Source of the DNA: Candidatus Pacearchaeota archaeon
GTDB taxonomy: Archaea > Nanobdellota > Nanobdellia > Pacearchaeales > GW2011-AR1
Direction of reading: 5' to 3'
Assembly (NCBI GenBank): GCA_016186365.1
Contig: JACPLT010000001.1
Location: 13,231-77,230, forward strand
DNA length: 64,000 bases
Position numbers and translations under genes: made by a program. Each line of letters begins with the position of its first letter. Within the stretch, counting starts at the first letter, position 1. Positions 28,328 to 39,802 of this stretch are shown here, piece by piece. The notes under the pieces were generated by a model that had not been told where the DNA came from, ran no database searches, and saw nothing but the letters and a program-made list of their open reading frames with translations.

Positions 28328-31300
28328 ATGGCAACAGCAAAAGAAGAGATAAAACTTAAAGTAGTAGAAGCACTGCAAGATGATGCGTATAAGGGGATTG
28401 CAAGAGTTGACCCCGAAATAATGAGAAAGTTAGGGCTGAAAAGAGGAGACATTGTTTCTATTAAAGGGAGCAGGGAGAGTGTTGCGATTGTTGATAGAGC
28501 GTATCCTGCGGATATAGGCGAGAATATAATAAGAGTTGACGGAATTATAAGAAAAAATGCTAAAACTGGAATTGGAGAGGTGGTGGTTGTAGGACGGGCA
28601 GATATTAAAGAAGCTAAAAAAATTACAATTGCACCTGCACAAAAAGGAATCATGGTTCAGGGAGACCCAGAAGCACTAAAGCCAGGATTATTGGGGAGAG
28701 CAGTTGTCAAGGGAGATATAGTTGTTTTGGGCGGGACAGCAAGAAGAAGAGATATAATGTCTGATATGGATTTATTTAATGATATTTTTGCAGAAGCTTT
28801 TTCTGGAATGGGTGGAATGGGAGGATTTGGAGGATTTTCAGCTTCAGGAACTAAATTTATGATTGTTTCATGCAATCCCACCCAGCCTTGTATCATAACT
28901 GAAAATACTGAGATTACGCTTAATCCTAAGGCCATGGATATTTCAGAAGATAAGGTTTTTGAAGTTACATATGAAGATATAGGGGGATTGGATGAAGAGC
29001 TTAAAAAAATAAGAGAGATGGTAGAACTGCCATTAAAACATCCAGAGATATTTGAAAAGCTGGGAATAGAGCCGCCAAAAGGAGTGTTGTTGCACGGTCC
29101 GCCAGGAACAGGAAAAACTTTACTTGCTAAAGCAGTTGCAAATGAAGCAGAAGCGAATTTTATCTTATTGAATGGGCCTGAAATAATGAGCAAGTTTTAT
29201 GGGGAGAGTGAAAAAAATTTAAGAGATAAATTTGACGAAGCTGAAAAAACTGCGCCTTCAATTATTTTTATTGATGAAATTGATGCTATCGCTCCAAAAA
29301 GAGAGGAAAGTTATGGGGAAGTTGAGAGAAGGGTTGTTTCTCAGTTATTGACTATGATGGATGGGCTAAAATCAAGAGGGAAAGTTGTGGTAATTGGAGC
29401 AACTAACAGACCGAATTCAATTGATCCTGCTTTAAGAAGGCCCGGAAGATTTGACAGAGAGATAAGCATTAATGTTCCGGATAAAAGAGGAAGGCTGTCT
29501 ATACTTAAAATTCATACGAGAAATATGCCTATTGAGCCTCCAATTAAAAAGGATTATCTTGAAAATCAGATACAAACACTATCGCAGAAAAATAAAGAGC
29601 TTGAACTAGTTATTAAATTAGAAAATGATAGCGAGCTAAAAAAACAAAAAATGCAGGAATTTTTTAACAATAAAGAAGAGATAAATTATCTTCAAAAAAT
29701 CAGTGATAAGTTTAGCGGGGAAGAGAAGAAAGATGAGAAAACATCCAAAGATTTAACACATAAAGAACAAGAAACTGCAATTAATATTTTTAGAAATGGA
29801 GTGTTAGATGAACTCGCAGCAATAACTCACGGATTTGTCGGGGCAGATTTGTCTTCTTTGGCTAAGGAGGCTGCGATGAATGTTTTAAGAAAAATACTTC
29901 CTAAGATTAAGATGCAGGACGGAGAAGAAATTCCTAAGGAGATTCTTGAAAGTTTGAGAGTGACTAAGAAAGATTTTATGGAAGCTTTGAGAACAGTTCG
30001 GCCTTCTGCTATGAGAGAGGTTTTGGTTGAAACTCCCAATATTAAATGGGATGATGTTGGAGGGCTGGGTGATATTAAGCAGGAATTAATAGAAGCTGTT
30101 GAATGGCCGATGAAATTCCCAGGAAGTTTTACAAGAATGGGGATAAGGCCCCCAAGAGGGATATTATTATATGGGCCACCAGGAACAGGAAAAACTTTAT
30201 TAGCTAAAGCAGTTGCAAAGGAGAGTGAAGCTAATTTTATTCAGGTTAAGGGGCCTTCTTTGCTGTCAATGTGGGTTGGCAAAAGCCTTCCCTATAATGA
30301 AGAGTTGATTGTTAAAGAAAATGGGGCGGTAAAAAAGATGAAAATAGGGGAGATAGTTGAGAAAAGAGCAGACGTGGAAATTCTTGCTTTTGACAAGGAT
30401 AAAAAGATAGCATTTTCCAGAATAGACGATTATATCAAACATAAATTAGATACTAATTTACTTGAAATAACCACAAGAACAGGGAGAAAAATAAAAGTAA
30501 CAGATTATCACTCTTTATTTTCATTTATCAACGGCAAATTTACAGATATCCCTGCAAGCCATTTAATAGCTGGAGAAAGTTATATTGCAATCCCTAAAAA
30601 TTTGAATCTTCCTAAGGATAGGATAAAAAATGTTAATTTATATAACTATTTTAAAAATGATGAAACTATATTTTTAGCCAATATTAAAGATTATCTTATA
30701 AGAGCAAAAAAAATATTGGGATTGGGAAGAACTGCAGAATTAATGGAAGTTTCTAAAAAGTATTTGGCAGATATAATCCTGAAAAATCTTCCTGTAAAAA
30801 TAACTAATTTTGAAAATTTGATAAACGAGGCAAAATTAGCTCTTGATTTTAATGATATAAAAATTAAATTGAAGGGAAGCATAAACGAATATCCTGCAAT
30901 ATTAAATATAGATAATGATTTTTGGAGATTAATCGGGTTATGGGTTGCAGAAGGGGATTTTAACAGTTCTACAGTTAGAATTCACAATACAAACAATGAG
31001 ATTAGGGAGGATATAATCAGAATTTGCACAAAATATAAGTTTAGTATATCTGAAATGCCTACTTGCATCACTATAAATTCGTTATTTTTACAAAAAATAT
31101 TGGAAAGGGTGTTTGAATTATTCTCTGGCTCGGATGCTAAAAGAGTTCCTGCTTTATTATTTACTTTAGACAAGGGAAGCAAGGCTAATTTTTTGAAAGG
31201 ATATTTCAGCGGTGATGGCTCAATTTATCCTGCTGAAAATGGAAAATTTAAAATAGAAGCAAGCACCATAAGCAAAGAACTCGCTAACGATTTGATGTAT

Positions 31301-32374
31301 TTATTTTTAGATTTTGGGATTGTTGCCACTTGCTATGAAAAAGAGCTAAAAACCGGAAGCACTTGTTATAGAATCAGCATTTTAGGAGTAAGAAATTTTG
31401 AGAGATTTAGCGAGATAGGTTTTATAGAAAATCAGAAAAATAAAAGAATTATGGATTATGTTAATTCTAGAAAGTGGAATAGGTCTGACGTTATTCCTTT
31501 GTCTGGCGAGCTTTATGAGCTAGCTTCTCAAAGTCAAAGTGTTTATTCAACTAATAAGTCTATAGGAAAAGAGGCGCTAAAGAACATGCTGATTTTGATA
31601 GACAAAGATAAAAGTAGATATAAAGAATATTGGGAATTAGTTGAAGGAGATTTATTTTTTGATTTAGTTAAAGAAGTAAAAATAATTAATGCTGAAAATT
31701 ATGTTTATGATATATCTGTTCCGGCAGGGCAGAATTTTATTGCTGGTTTTGGAGGAGTAATTGCCCATAATAGTGAAGAAGGTGTCAGAAAAATATTTGA
31801 GAGAGCAAGACAGGTAAGTCCATGCATCATATTTTTTGATGAAATTGATTCTCTTGCTTCTAGGAGAGGCGCGGATGCTGGGGGAGGAAGAGTTACTGAG
31901 CAGGTGTTAAATCAGTTGTTAGCTGAAATGGATGGATTGGAAGAGCTGAATAATGTTATTGTAATTGGGGCGACTAATAGGCCGGATATGCTTGACCCCG
32001 CTATATTAAGGCCTGGAAGATTTGACAGAATTTTATTGGTTTCAACTCCTAACAAAGAAGGAAGATTGTCTATACTTAAAATTCACACAAAAAATATGCC
32101 TCTTGCAAAAGATGTAGATTTAGATAAGATATCTGAACTGACTGAAGGTTATGTTGGTGCGGATTTGGAGAGCTTGGCTAGAGAGGCGGCTATGCTTGCT
32201 TTAAGAGAGAATAAAGATGCAAAAGAGGTTACAAAGAAAAATTTTGAGGATGCCATGAAAAAAGTTAGACCTTCTGTAAGCAAGCAGCTGATTGATAAAT
32301 ATAAAAAGATAGAGGAAGATTATCTTAAGAATGCCAAGGCGGCGATTGAGAAAGAGGCGCAGTATTTAGGATAA
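28328..32374 (+). CDS. cdc48: CDC48/VCP-like AAA+ ATPase (N domain + D1 + D2) carrying a 496-aa intein in D2 and a roughly 90-aa insertion in D1
   Basis: Two [15 protein letters not shown] Walker A motifs and DEID Walker B motifs. N-domain RGDIVSIKG. Second-region-of-homology motifs [16 protein letters not shown] present twice. Confidence 0.9.
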   Translation: MATAKEEIKLKVVEALQDDAYKGIARVDPEIMRKLGLKRGDIVSIKGSRESVAIVDRAYPADIGENIIRVDGIIRKNAKTGIGEVVVVGRADIKEAKKITIAPAQKGIMVQGDPEALKPGLLGRAVVKGDIVVLGGTARRRDIMSDMDLFNDIFAEAFSGMGGMGGFGGFSASGTKFMIVSCNPTQPCIITENTEITLNPKAMDISEDKVFEVTYEDIGGLDEELKKIREMVELPLKHPEIFEKLGIEPPKGVLLHGPPGTGKTLLAKAVANEAEANFILLNGPEIMSKFYGESEKNLRDKFDEAEKTAPSIIFIDEIDAIAPKREESYGEVERRVVSQLLTMMDGLKSRGKVVVIGATNRPNSIDPALRRPGRFDREISINVPDKRGRLSILKIHTRNMPIEPPIKKDYLENQIQTLSQKNKELELVIKLENDSELKKQKMQEFFNNKEEINYLQKISDKFSGEEKKDEKTSKDLTHKEQETAINIFRNGVLDELAAITHGFVGADLSSLAKEAAMNVLRKILPKIKMQDGEEIPKEILESLRVTKKDFMEALRTVRPSAMREVLVETPNIKWDDVGGLGDIKQELIEAVEWPMKFPGSFTRMGIRPPRGILLYGPPGTGKTLLAKAVAKESEANFIQVKGPSLLSMWVGKSLPYNEELIVKENGAVKKMKIGEIVEKRADVEILAFDKDKKIAFSRIDDYIKHKLDTNLLEITTRTGRKIKVTDYHSLFSFINGKFTDIPASHLIAGESYIAIPKNLNLPKDRIKNVNLYNYFKNDETIFLANIKDYLIRAKKILGLGRTAELMEVSKKYLADIILKNLPVKITNFENLINEAKLALDFNDIKIKLKGSINEYPAILNIDNDFWRLIGLWVAEGDFNSSTVRIHNTNNEIREDIIRICTKYKFSISEMPTCITINSLFLQKILERVFELFSGSDAKRVPALLFTLDKGSKANFLKGYFSGDGSIYPAENGKFKIEASTISKELANDLMYLFLDFGIVATCYEKELKTGSTCYRISILGVRNFERFSEIGFIENQKNKRIMDYVNSRKWNRSDVIPLSGELYELASQSQSVYSTNKSIGKEALKNMLILIDKDKSRYKEYWELVEGDLFFDLVKEVKIINAENYVYDISVPAGQNFIAGFGGVIAHNSEEGVRKIFERARQVSPCIIFFDEIDSLASRRGADAGGGRVTEQVLNQLLAEMDGLEELNNVIVIGATNRPDMLDPAILRPGRFDRILLVSTPNKEGRLSILKIHTKNMPLAKDVDLDKISELTEGYVGADLESLAREAAMLALRENKDAKEVTKKNFEDAMKKVRPSVSKQLIDKYKKIEEDYLKNAKAAIEKEAQYLG
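30284..31771 (+). mobile_element. intein (496 aa) with LAGLIDADG homing-endonuclease domain inside cdc48 D2
   Basis: Host sequence WVGK|SLPYNEEL...GGVIAHN|SEEGVRKIF. Removal restores the conserved WVGxSE..REIF. Block B TDYHSL, LAGLIDADG blocks [11 protein letters not shown] and [12 protein letters not shown], and terminal HN followed by Ser(+1). Confidence 0.8.
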
Positions 32375-32770
32375 CTTTTTTTGATTAAAAATTTGTTCTG
32401 AATGAGTTTCTATCAACTCTCTTAATTCTTTAACTACATTTTTTTTATTTTTTATATCTTCACAGGAAAAGAATTTCATGCTTTTGCCCTCGTTTAAGAT
32501 AACTTTTTTGCCATCCCAGACAAAATCTGCAATAAAAATATAATATCTTTTATTTTTAATATCTTTTTCTATCAACAATTTGAAATGATTCATGTCTAGA
32601 TGAATGCTTAACTCTTCGTTTATCTCTCTTATAATTGCTTCTTCGGGAGTTTCGCCTTTTTCTATCCCTCCTCCAAAAATCCCCCACATATTTGGATTTT
32701 TGCAATGTTCATCTCTTAGCTGAAGAAGAATTTTATTCTCTTTCTTTAATATTATTCCAGCGTAATCCAT
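32366..32770 (-). CDS. NUDIX hydrolase
   Basis: Nudix box [24 protein letters not shown]. Confidence 0.8.
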   Translation of the reverse strand: MDYAGIILKKENKILLQLRDEHCKNPNMWGIFGGGIEKGETPEEAIIREINEELSIHLDMNHFKLLIEKDIKNKRYYIFIADFVWDGKKVILNEGKSMKFFSCEDIKNKKNVVKELRELIETHSEQIFNQKKLS

Positions 32771-32844
32771 AAAAATAATTATGTTTTTTTGATATTTAAA
32801 TATTCCTTAAGAAAATTGTCCACGCCATAATTTAGGATAGTTTT

Positions 32845-33039
32845 TTATTCAGATAATATTTCTTTTATCTGCTGTTCATTCAAATATTTCAAGAAATCTT
32901 CTAACTCTCCCTCTTTGAGTGTTCCTGCAATTCCAGTTATTCCATAGGCAATTACTCTTAAATCTTGCTTTTGGCATGTTTTTCCGAATATGCCTTCTAC
33001 TCTTTTGTATATTCTTGCGTATAAGCTGGTATCACTCAT
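32845..33039 (-). CDS. hypothetical small protein (64 aa)
   Basis: ORF only. Confidence 0.3.
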   Translation of the reverse strand: MSDTSLYARIYKRVEGIFGKTCQKQDLRVIAYGITGIAGTLKEGELEDFLKYLNEQQIKEILSE

Positions 33040-33049
33040 TTTTATTTTT

Positions 33050-33472
33050 TTAACTACTAAGCATAATTTCTTGCAATGTAGGCAGGTCTGTCATTCCCAT
33101 TAATCTTTTTGCTGATTCAAAAATGTAATTATCCGACCCATCACTGCCAGTATCCCTGATATCTTGAAAAAATCCGTCACCTTGTACAAATGGCGTGAAT
33201 TCCCCATTTCTAAATTCAGGAAAATTTTCTAATAAGTCAAAGTAAATAGCTAAAAGAAAATCTTCCATTAGTGCTTTGTTTCTTATTTTTTCTTTACTGC
33301 TTTCTTTTACTATACTAATACAAGCTTTAGTATTCCCTACTATATGATTAAAGTGGTATCCCCCGCGTGTAAGCCCATTAGGAAAACCATATTTACTTGG
33401 AAATTGTTTTTTTCTATTGTCCCAATATTTATTTCTTTCTTGAAGTAATTGAATCAATCTATCTTTTGTCAT
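33050..33472 (-). CDS. hypothetical protein (140 aa)
   Basis: ORF only. Start abuts the upstream map gene. Confidence 0.4.
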   Translation of the reverse strand: MTKDRLIQLLQERNKYWDNRKKQFPSKYGFPNGLTRGGYHFNHIVGNTKACISIVKESSKEKIRNKALMEDFLLAIYFDLLENFPEFRNGEFTPFVQGDGFFQDIRDTGSDGSDNYIFESAKRLMGMTDLPTLQEIMLSS

Positions 33473-33475
33473 TTT

Positions 33476-34366
33476 TTATCTTGTAGTAACTTCTATCTGA
33501 TTATCGTATATTATTATAGTGTGCTCGGATTGAGCCACATTTTTTCTTGAGGTTTCTATTAACTGGGGAAACTGGTGAATTACTCCTGATTTTTCCAACA
33601 ATGATAGAGATATGACTGCACGAGTTCCGAATTTTTTAATTATCCAGCGGGAAGCGAAAGGAAGAGTTTTATAATTTTCTTCAATATATTTTAGAATTTC
33701 TCTGGCTAGGGCGTCTCTTATTGCTTTTCTTTCTTTAAACATATAAATTCCAGAAGGTTTTCCGTCATGAACTTTGCCCTCTCCTTTTGTTGAAAATGGC
33801 TCAATAGCATAAGCCCCATCTCTTAGCTTTGTCTTGCTGTTGTTGTCGCAATTCGGAATTGTCAGCCCTGCATGAACTTTATAACTATCAAGCTCGTGTC
33901 CGCAGAGATTTATTATTGGAGTGAAATTATAAGAGGCGATTGTTTTTTGGATTGTTTCTCCTATTTTGCATAACTCTGCATCTTTTTTTGCTATTTTTAA
34001 TGCTGATTCAACAGCTTTATCTGCAGCTTCAATCAGTTTTTTATTTTCTTCGTTATTTTCTAAATCTAACGAAAAAGCAGTATCTGCAATTTTTCCATTA
34101 ACATGAACCCCTATGTCTATTTTTAGCAATCCTCTTGCTGTTTCATTGTCATTATAATTGGGGGTGTAATGAGCTGCGATTTCGTTTATCGATAAGTTTA
34201 CAGGGAAAGCGGGCTTTCCTCCTAACTCTAGAATTTTATTTTCTATTTTTTCTGTTATTTCTAATAATAGAACTCCTGGTTTGATAATTGATTTTGCGAA
34301 ACTTCTGGCTTGAGAGGCGATTTTCCCGGCTTTTTTATATTGTTCTATTTCTTCTTGTTTCATCAA
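33476..34366 (-). CDS. map: methionine aminopeptidase, type 2 (archaeal)
   Basis: MetAP2-like length (296 aa). Metal ligands in DIGVHVNG, DTAFS, CGHELD, AIEPF and TIIIYD contexts. Confidence 0.8.
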   Translation of the reverse strand: MMKQEEIEQYKKAGKIASQARSFAKSIIKPGVLLLEITEKIENKILELGGKPAFPVNLSINEIAAHYTPNYNDNETARGLLKIDIGVHVNGKIADTAFSLDLENNEENKKLIEAADKAVESALKIAKKDAELCKIGETIQKTIASYNFTPIINLCGHELDSYKVHAGLTIPNCDNNSKTKLRDGAYAIEPFSTKGEGKVHDGKPSGIYMFKERKAIRDALAREILKYIEENYKTLPFASRWIIKKFGTRAVISLSLLEKSGVIHQFPQLIETSRKNVAQSEHTIIIYDNQIEVTTR

Positions 34367-34394
34367 TTTTTAAAGATGCTCTATTTTATATATA

Positions 34395-34847
34395 TTATGG
34401 TTTTATTCTTCTTTCTCTCGGCATAAGATTAGATATTCTATTATTTGAGTATTTTCCGCAGCCAATTAGATTATTTTTGTTTTTTAGTATTATAAATCTT
34501 GAAGCGGTTTCTGAACTCGTATATTCAATATCTTTTCCTGTGAGCCAGTCTTCTGCCTGCTTGTCTGAAAGGTCAATTATATTTTTTGTGGGATTAAGAA
34601 GGTTTATTGCGTCAAAAGAAAGAAGAATTCCGTCCTTTTCCTCTCTTAGCAAATGCAGTCCTATGGATTCTATTCTTATCTCATTGTTCATTTTTGAAAG
34701 CTCTTCTTTGCTGAATATCCCGGAATAAGCATAGATATCGCTGCCAAATCTTATCAATAAGTATGGAAGATGGCTGATGCCAAAATTCTCTTCAATTTTC
34801 TCTATTATTTTTTTCTTTTCTGTGTTTTTTATCAGTTCTATTCTCAT
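34395..34847 (-). CDS. hypothetical protein, possibly Nip7/PUA-like RNA-binding protein
   Basis: Size and position next to the NOL1/NOP2/Sun methylase are the only support; weak resemblance. Not verified. Confidence 0.3.
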   Translation of the reverse strand: MRIELIKNTEKKKIIEKIEENFGISHLPYLLIRFGSDIYAYSGIFSKEELSKMNNEIRIESIGLHLLREEKDGILLSFDAINLLNPTKNIIDLSDKQAEDWLTGKDIEYTSSETASRFIILKNKNNLIGCGKYSNNRISNLMPRERRIKP

Positions 34848-35284
34848 TTTAATATTTTCTCCATAACTAATTTATCATCTCCATTTTTGTAATGTCTCTT
34901 TTTTATTTTTGATATTTGAAAACCCTGTTTTTTATATACATGAATAGCAGGATAATTTTTAGACCATACTTGCACTTGAATGACTTTTGCATTTTTCTTT
35001 GCAAGATTTACAGCAAATTTTAAAAGTTTTGTTCCGATTCCTTTATTATGATATTTCTTTCTTATGGATAGAAAATCTAAATGTGCTTTTTTATTTCTAA
35101 ATGCTAATACAAAATAACCACTTATTTCTTTGCTTGAAATTATGTAGACTAGGTTTTTTGATTTGAAAAATTTATTTACAATTTTTAATTCTTCTTTTTT
35201 ACTCTCTCTCCATTTATAACCACTATTACATTCTATATCTGCAATTTGTTCCGCGTCTTTTATTGTTGCTTTTCTTATTTTCAT
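34844..35284 (-). CDS. GNAT-family N-acetyltransferase (RimI-like)
   Basis: Motif A LSIRKKYHNKGIGTKLLKFAV. Confidence 0.75.
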   Translation of the reverse strand: MKIRKATIKDAEQIADIECNSGYKWRESKKEELKIVNKFFKSKNLVYIISSKEISGYFVLAFRNKKAHLDFLSIRKKYHNKGIGTKLLKFAVNLAKKNAKVIQVQVWSKNYPAIHVYKKQGFQISKIKKRHYKNGDDKLVMEKILK

Positions 35285-36237
35285 TTTTCACCCCGGAATT
35301 TTAGTTTAGCAAGGAAAAATCCTTCTGTATTGTTATCCTGGGGATAAATCCTGTGGCAATTTTCCATTCCTTTCTTAAATATTTCTCCCTGCCATTCTGC
35401 AATTCCCTGCCTGCATTTTATCGGGAGAGAAATTTTTTCTGTTTCCATATTAAATCTTTCTATTAGAAATGAGATATTTTTTTCGTTTTCTTCTGGAGAG
35501 TGAGTGCAGGTGGAATAAACTAAACTGCCATTCTCTTTTAGCAATGGAACTGCTGATGAGATAATCTTTTTTTGAATTCTGCTTAGCTTTTTTATCATGT
35601 TAAGGTTCCACATTTCCAGTGTTTTTGGTGAGCTTCTAAGTGTTCCCTCTCCTGAACAGGGGACATCAAGCAATATTTTATCAAATTTTATCCCTAATTT
35701 TTCAAGTTTTTTGCATAGAATTACTGCGTCGTGCCTTGTTATTATGCTGTTAGTTGAGCCGCATCTCTGAAGATTAGCTGAAAGAATAGCTGTCCTTACA
35801 TTATCTTTGTCATTTGCCAGAATTATTCCTGTATTTTTCATCAGCGATACTGCATAAGTTGTTTTGCTTCCTGGTGAGGCGCATAAATCCAGGACTAACT
35901 CTCCTGGACTGGGGTTGAGGGCAATAATAGACATCATGCTTGAAATTTCCTGAACATAATATTCTCCAAGAATGTGCTCTATGCTTTTTCCTAATTCTCC
36001 TGGAGATAGTTCTGATTCTACAAGTAGAATCTCTTTATACTGCGGATATGGCTGGGAAATCTTCCAGCCCTTGCTTTCCAGTTTGTTTTTTAAAATTTCA
36101 GGAGAAATTTTTATTGTGTTGCATCTTATTGAATTTTGAGGGGGAATATGGATAATCTGCCAGAAAGCTTTCTTGTCTTCTTCATCTTTCAGCAAAGAGT
36201 TCATTCTTTGTTCAAATAGGGGTTTTGGGGTATACAT
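35281..36237 (-). CDS. NOL1/NOP2/Sun-family RNA cytosine-C5 methyltransferase
   Basis: SAM motif VLDLCASPGSKTT, and DVPCSGEG and TCT Cys motifs typical of m5C RNA methyltransferases. Confidence 0.8.
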   Translation of the reverse strand: MYTPKPLFEQRMNSLLKDEEDKKAFWQIIHIPPQNSIRCNTIKISPEILKNKLESKGWKISQPYPQYKEILLVESELSPGELGKSIEHILGEYYVQEISSMMSIIALNPSPGELVLDLCASPGSKTTYAVSLMKNTGIILANDKDNVRTAILSANLQRCGSTNSIITRHDAVILCKKLEKLGIKFDKILLDVPCSGEGTLRSSPKTLEMWNLNMIKKLSRIQKKIISSAVPLLKENGSLVYSTCTHSPEENEKNISFLIERFNMETEKISLPIKCRQGIAEWQGEIFKKGMENCHRIYPQDNNTEGFFLAKLKFRGEK

Positions 36238-36267
36238 AAATTTAGAAGAAAACTTGAGTTTTTATAT

Positions 36268-36741
36268 CTATTTTTTTCTTCTGTATGTTCCTGCTCTTAT
36301 ATGTCTTAATATTTTATATCCTGAAACCTCTTTTGCAGGGAGATATTTTGCAGGATGTTTTTCAAAATCGGGATTTAATAATCTGTTTAATCTTCCTGTT
36401 AATCCTTTTTTTCTTTCTAATACCCATAAATCAAAATTTCTTGAATCCTCTGCCTTGCATACTAATCTGCTTCCTGATTTTATTAAATTATACCATTCTT
36501 GAGATTCTCCTTCATAAGAAGAATCTTCTTGATTTTCCTGGTCCATAGAGAGAATTAGAGGCTCTGAAAAAGAGCTTTCATCAACTTTGACTGATAAAAG
36601 CTTCTCATTTCTTTTTCCTTCGGATAATACCTGATTTGCACTACTAACTTTATAATACACATAACTGGCAAGAGTTTGTTTTGCCATTGTTTTTATAAGT
36701 ATCTTTGGCTTATAAGGATTGCTGTGATTAAAAACAATCAA
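36268..36741 (-). CDS. hypothetical protein (157 aa)
   Basis: ORF overlapping the polB stop. No motif. Confidence 0.4.
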   Translation of the reverse strand: MIVFNHSNPYKPKILIKTMAKQTLASYVYYKVSSANQVLSEGKRNEKLLSVKVDESSFSEPLILSMDQENQEDSSYEGESQEWYNLIKSGSRLVCKAEDSRNFDLWVLERKKGLTGRLNRLLNPDFEKHPAKYLPAKEVSGYKILRHIRAGTYRRKK

Positions 36742-39284
36742 AATCCAGAAAGCTTTGTCTGCTTTCTGCCTTCTGCGAGCTCTTTGATATTTATGCTGAA
36801 AACATCGAAGATGTTTTCTACTGCCGGAATAATCTGATGATTAAGATAATAATCCAGATTATATTCCCCTTTTTCATCTGGAAGCTTGACTTTTTCTCTG
36901 ACAAGGGATTTTTTCTCGCGGGTTTCTGCAATAAAATAATGAATTAACATTCCGATATCTACGGGCATTCCTACCTGCTTCATTTTTTCTGCTGCTATTA
37001 CATGAGGAGTTATTGATTTATATTCTGAAAGAGGTTTTTTTAGCTGGGTTCTAATCATTATTTCTTCTCTCTGCACTTTTCTTTCTTTTAAATTTTTGAT
37101 TGTTTTCTTGACTAGTTCCAGAGCTTCTTTTTCATTACCTTGCTTTAATATTAATTCTAAAACTTTGCTCTGAAGCGCTCTTGCAAGAGGACACCAATCT
37201 CTTCTTACGGTTTCAAATCCGCGGATTTTCATCTTATTATTTTCGGTAATTAAAGCATATTTTTTTTTCGCGCCAGTGTCTGTTGTTTTTTTGGCAACCC
37301 AGATTCCTCTTTTATAAAAATCTTCTAATTCGAGAGCCATAATTCCAGGAAGATTTTTGTTTATTTTTTCTAGAAGTTCCAGGGCGCGTTCTTTTGTTTT
37401 ATTTTCTAGGATAAATGCAATTGAATCTGTATCTGAATAAACAACCTTGTATTCTGCTTTCTGTATTTTTTCTATAACCTCAAGAATATTTTTTCTTGAT
37501 AGTGCGGCTGTGGAAGCTGCAGCTTCTCTGCAATAATATCTGGCTCCAAAAAATCCCTGATAGCCATAGGCTGCATTTGCAATCAGTTTATAAGCATTGC
37601 TTCTAGCTTTTGTTATGGGGGAGGGATTTTTCTTGTATTCGGATTTATATTTTTTTCTTTTTTCTATTATTTTTTCTAATAAGTCTGGAAAAAATCCTTT
37701 TAATTTTGAGAAATATACAAGCCCTTCTTCTCCTAAATTCACTTCTAATGCATTTTTTTCTTTTTTCTTTAAAAATGTTGAAAGCGATAGATTATAACTT
37801 ACTATCACAGAAGAATACATACTGGTAAAATCAAAAAATGCGAGGTTTTCATATAATCCTGGAGTTGGCTGGAAAACAAAAGCTCCTTCATATTTTCCGA
37901 GATTTCTTCTTTTTCCTATTTCTTCATGAATTGGGCGTTTTTCTGCAATTTCATTATATTCATCAAGATTATGGAGAATATAACTTTCTACCAGCTGGGA
38001 CATGCCATTTCTTGTTATGTCAAAAATAGGCTCTTGAATAATCTTGCTTATCTCCAGGACATCGGGCCAGAGTTTTTCTGCAAGAAGAAAAGTTATCTTT
38101 GAGTCATGAAGATTATAATCAAAGAAATCTTTCCAATCTTCCTGACTTAGCTTATTCTGGGGTTTGAATTCAAACTCTTTTTTTCCCAATCCCAATAATT
38201 CTGAAGCAACTTCATCTAAGCCGAGTGTTTCTGACTGAAGATATTGTGAGAAGATGGTTTCTATAAATCTGAATAAGTCAATATGAACAATGCCAAAGAT
38301 ATTACCTGAGGATATCCTGCCTCTTGCAAATGAGGGCTGGGAGTTGTCTAATCCTAGGGAGAGTTTTATTCTATTGTATTCTGCTCTTGCTCTTAAATAA
38401 GGCAGGTCAAATCCGTCTGAAAAATATCCTACTAGGAAGTCAGGAGAGAGCTTTTTTACGTATTCTACAAATTTTTCAAGCATTTCTGCCTCGCTTGAGA
38501 AGCATTCTACGAAATCCTGCTTTTTTGTGCATTTTTTCCAGGTAAGAACTTTTTTATAGAAAATTCTGTTGGCGGTATCCCTCTTTTCGCAGAATTTTCT
38601 ATCTGGATAATTCTGGAACAACGTGCTAGGATTAACAGAATTATCCATAAAAGATTCAGAATAAAGAGAAATCATCAGTATTTCACCCTTTCCTATTTCA
38701 AATTCCTCTGCTTCTATATCAAATGCTAATATTTTTGGATTGAATTCTTTATCTGGGATTTTTTCTATTTTTTCTGCCATAATGCAGAAATCCGCATCAA
38801 TTGAAGTTATTCCTGAGAAATCCGAACTTCCTGTGAGAATTTCTCCTTCTGCAGAATACCATTCCATTGGATTAATCTCTTTTTCTTTTATGTATTTTGT
38901 AATTAGGGGAATATCATACTCTCTTCTGGCAATAATTTCTTTGTAATCTAACAGCTCTGCAATTTTATGGGAATCTTTATGATTTGTTATAAAAATTTTG
39001 AATGCTTTTACTTGTTTGCCTAGGAAATTTTTTTCTTCTAAAGAGATTTTTTCTACTTTTGTTGTTCTTGATGGCAGTTCTATCCTCTTTTTTTCTATCT
39101 CTTTTTTTAGCTCCTCAATCTTTTTATCGCCTGTTTTTTCATCTAAAATCGCATAGAATGAGGCAGGGAAATAATCAATTATACACACTCTTTTATTCTC
39201 TTTAGTCCTGCCTATCATTATTACATAATTTTTTCCATGATAATCAATATAGTCATAATATATGGGGGTGAATTCTAGTTTCAT
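36738..39284 (-). CDS. polB: DNA polymerase, family B
   Basis: Exo I ILAFDIEAE. Pol motif A FFDFTSMYSSVI, motif B KLIANAAYGY, motif C VVYSDTDSIAF. Confidence 0.9.
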   Translation of the reverse strand: MKLEFTPIYYDYIDYHGKNYVIMIGRTKENKRVCIIDYFPASFYAILDEKTGDKKIEELKKEIEKKRIELPSRTTKVEKISLEEKNFLGKQVKAFKIFITNHKDSHKIAELLDYKEIIARREYDIPLITKYIKEKEINPMEWYSAEGEILTGSSDFSGITSIDADFCIMAEKIEKIPDKEFNPKILAFDIEAEEFEIGKGEILMISLYSESFMDNSVNPSTLFQNYPDRKFCEKRDTANRIFYKKVLTWKKCTKKQDFVECFSSEAEMLEKFVEYVKKLSPDFLVGYFSDGFDLPYLRARAEYNRIKLSLGLDNSQPSFARGRISSGNIFGIVHIDLFRFIETIFSQYLQSETLGLDEVASELLGLGKKEFEFKPQNKLSQEDWKDFFDYNLHDSKITFLLAEKLWPDVLEISKIIQEPIFDITRNGMSQLVESYILHNLDEYNEIAEKRPIHEEIGKRRNLGKYEGAFVFQPTPGLYENLAFFDFTSMYSSVIVSYNLSLSTFLKKKEKNALEVNLGEEGLVYFSKLKGFFPDLLEKIIEKRKKYKSEYKKNPSPITKARSNAYKLIANAAYGYQGFFGARYYCREAAASTAALSRKNILEVIEKIQKAEYKVVYSDTDSIAFILENKTKERALELLEKINKNLPGIMALELEDFYKRGIWVAKKTTDTGAKKKYALITENNKMKIRGFETVRRDWCPLARALQSKVLELILKQGNEKEALELVKKTIKNLKERKVQREEIMIRTQLKKPLSEYKSITPHVIAAEKMKQVGMPVDIGMLIHYFIAETREKKSLVREKVKLPDEKGEYNLDYYLNHQIIPAVENIFDVFSINIKELAEGRKQTKLSGF

Positions 39285-39388
39285 TAACTTTTAAAATAAA
39301 ATAAATATTTAAGCTTACTTAAAACTAAATGTTACTAATAAGGAGTAACAATAGTAAGATTTATAAATAGGGATTTTGTTTATGGGAT

Positions 39389-39802
39389 ATGACAAGAAGA
39401 ATGACTGCAGGAGTGGCTTCAAATAAAGCTCATAAAAGTTATCATCCTTTTATGGTGAGGGGTGCGTTGACTTTAGAAGAAATGGATGAAAAATTTGGAC
39501 CTGTGGAAGTTCCAAAACCTATTCAATTAAGAATGTTTGATGAAAGTCAAGAGATTCTTGATGAAGTAGCAAAAAGAGTTCATTTTACTGGTGGAAAGTA
39601 TAATCCTTCTAAGGTTTATTCAGCATTAAGATATATTAAAGGTATGGACGAATTAAGAATAAAGTTAATTGGGCTTGGTGTAAGAGTAAGTGGCGAAGAG
39701 AAAACTTGGAAAATCAAAGAAAGATTAATAGAATATTTTGAAAGATATCACCCTGAATTATACTGTAAGGAATATTTTTCTGAAGGCAAACAAGGAAAAT
39801 GA
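39389..39802 (+). CDS. hypothetical protein (137 aa)
   Basis: ORF transcribed divergently from polB. No motif. Confidence 0.4.
   Translation: MTRRMTAGVASNKAHKSYHPFMVRGALTLEEMDEKFGPVEVPKPIQLRMFDESQEILDEVAKRVHFTGGKYNPSKVYSALRYIKGMDELRIKLIGLGVRVSGEEKTWKIKERLIEYFERYHPELYCKEYFSEGKQGK

Noticed and set aside
28288-29193. ORFs 28288..28653, 28430..28642 and 28657..29193 on the minus strand
   Set aside because: All lie antisense within the well-supported cdc48 gene.
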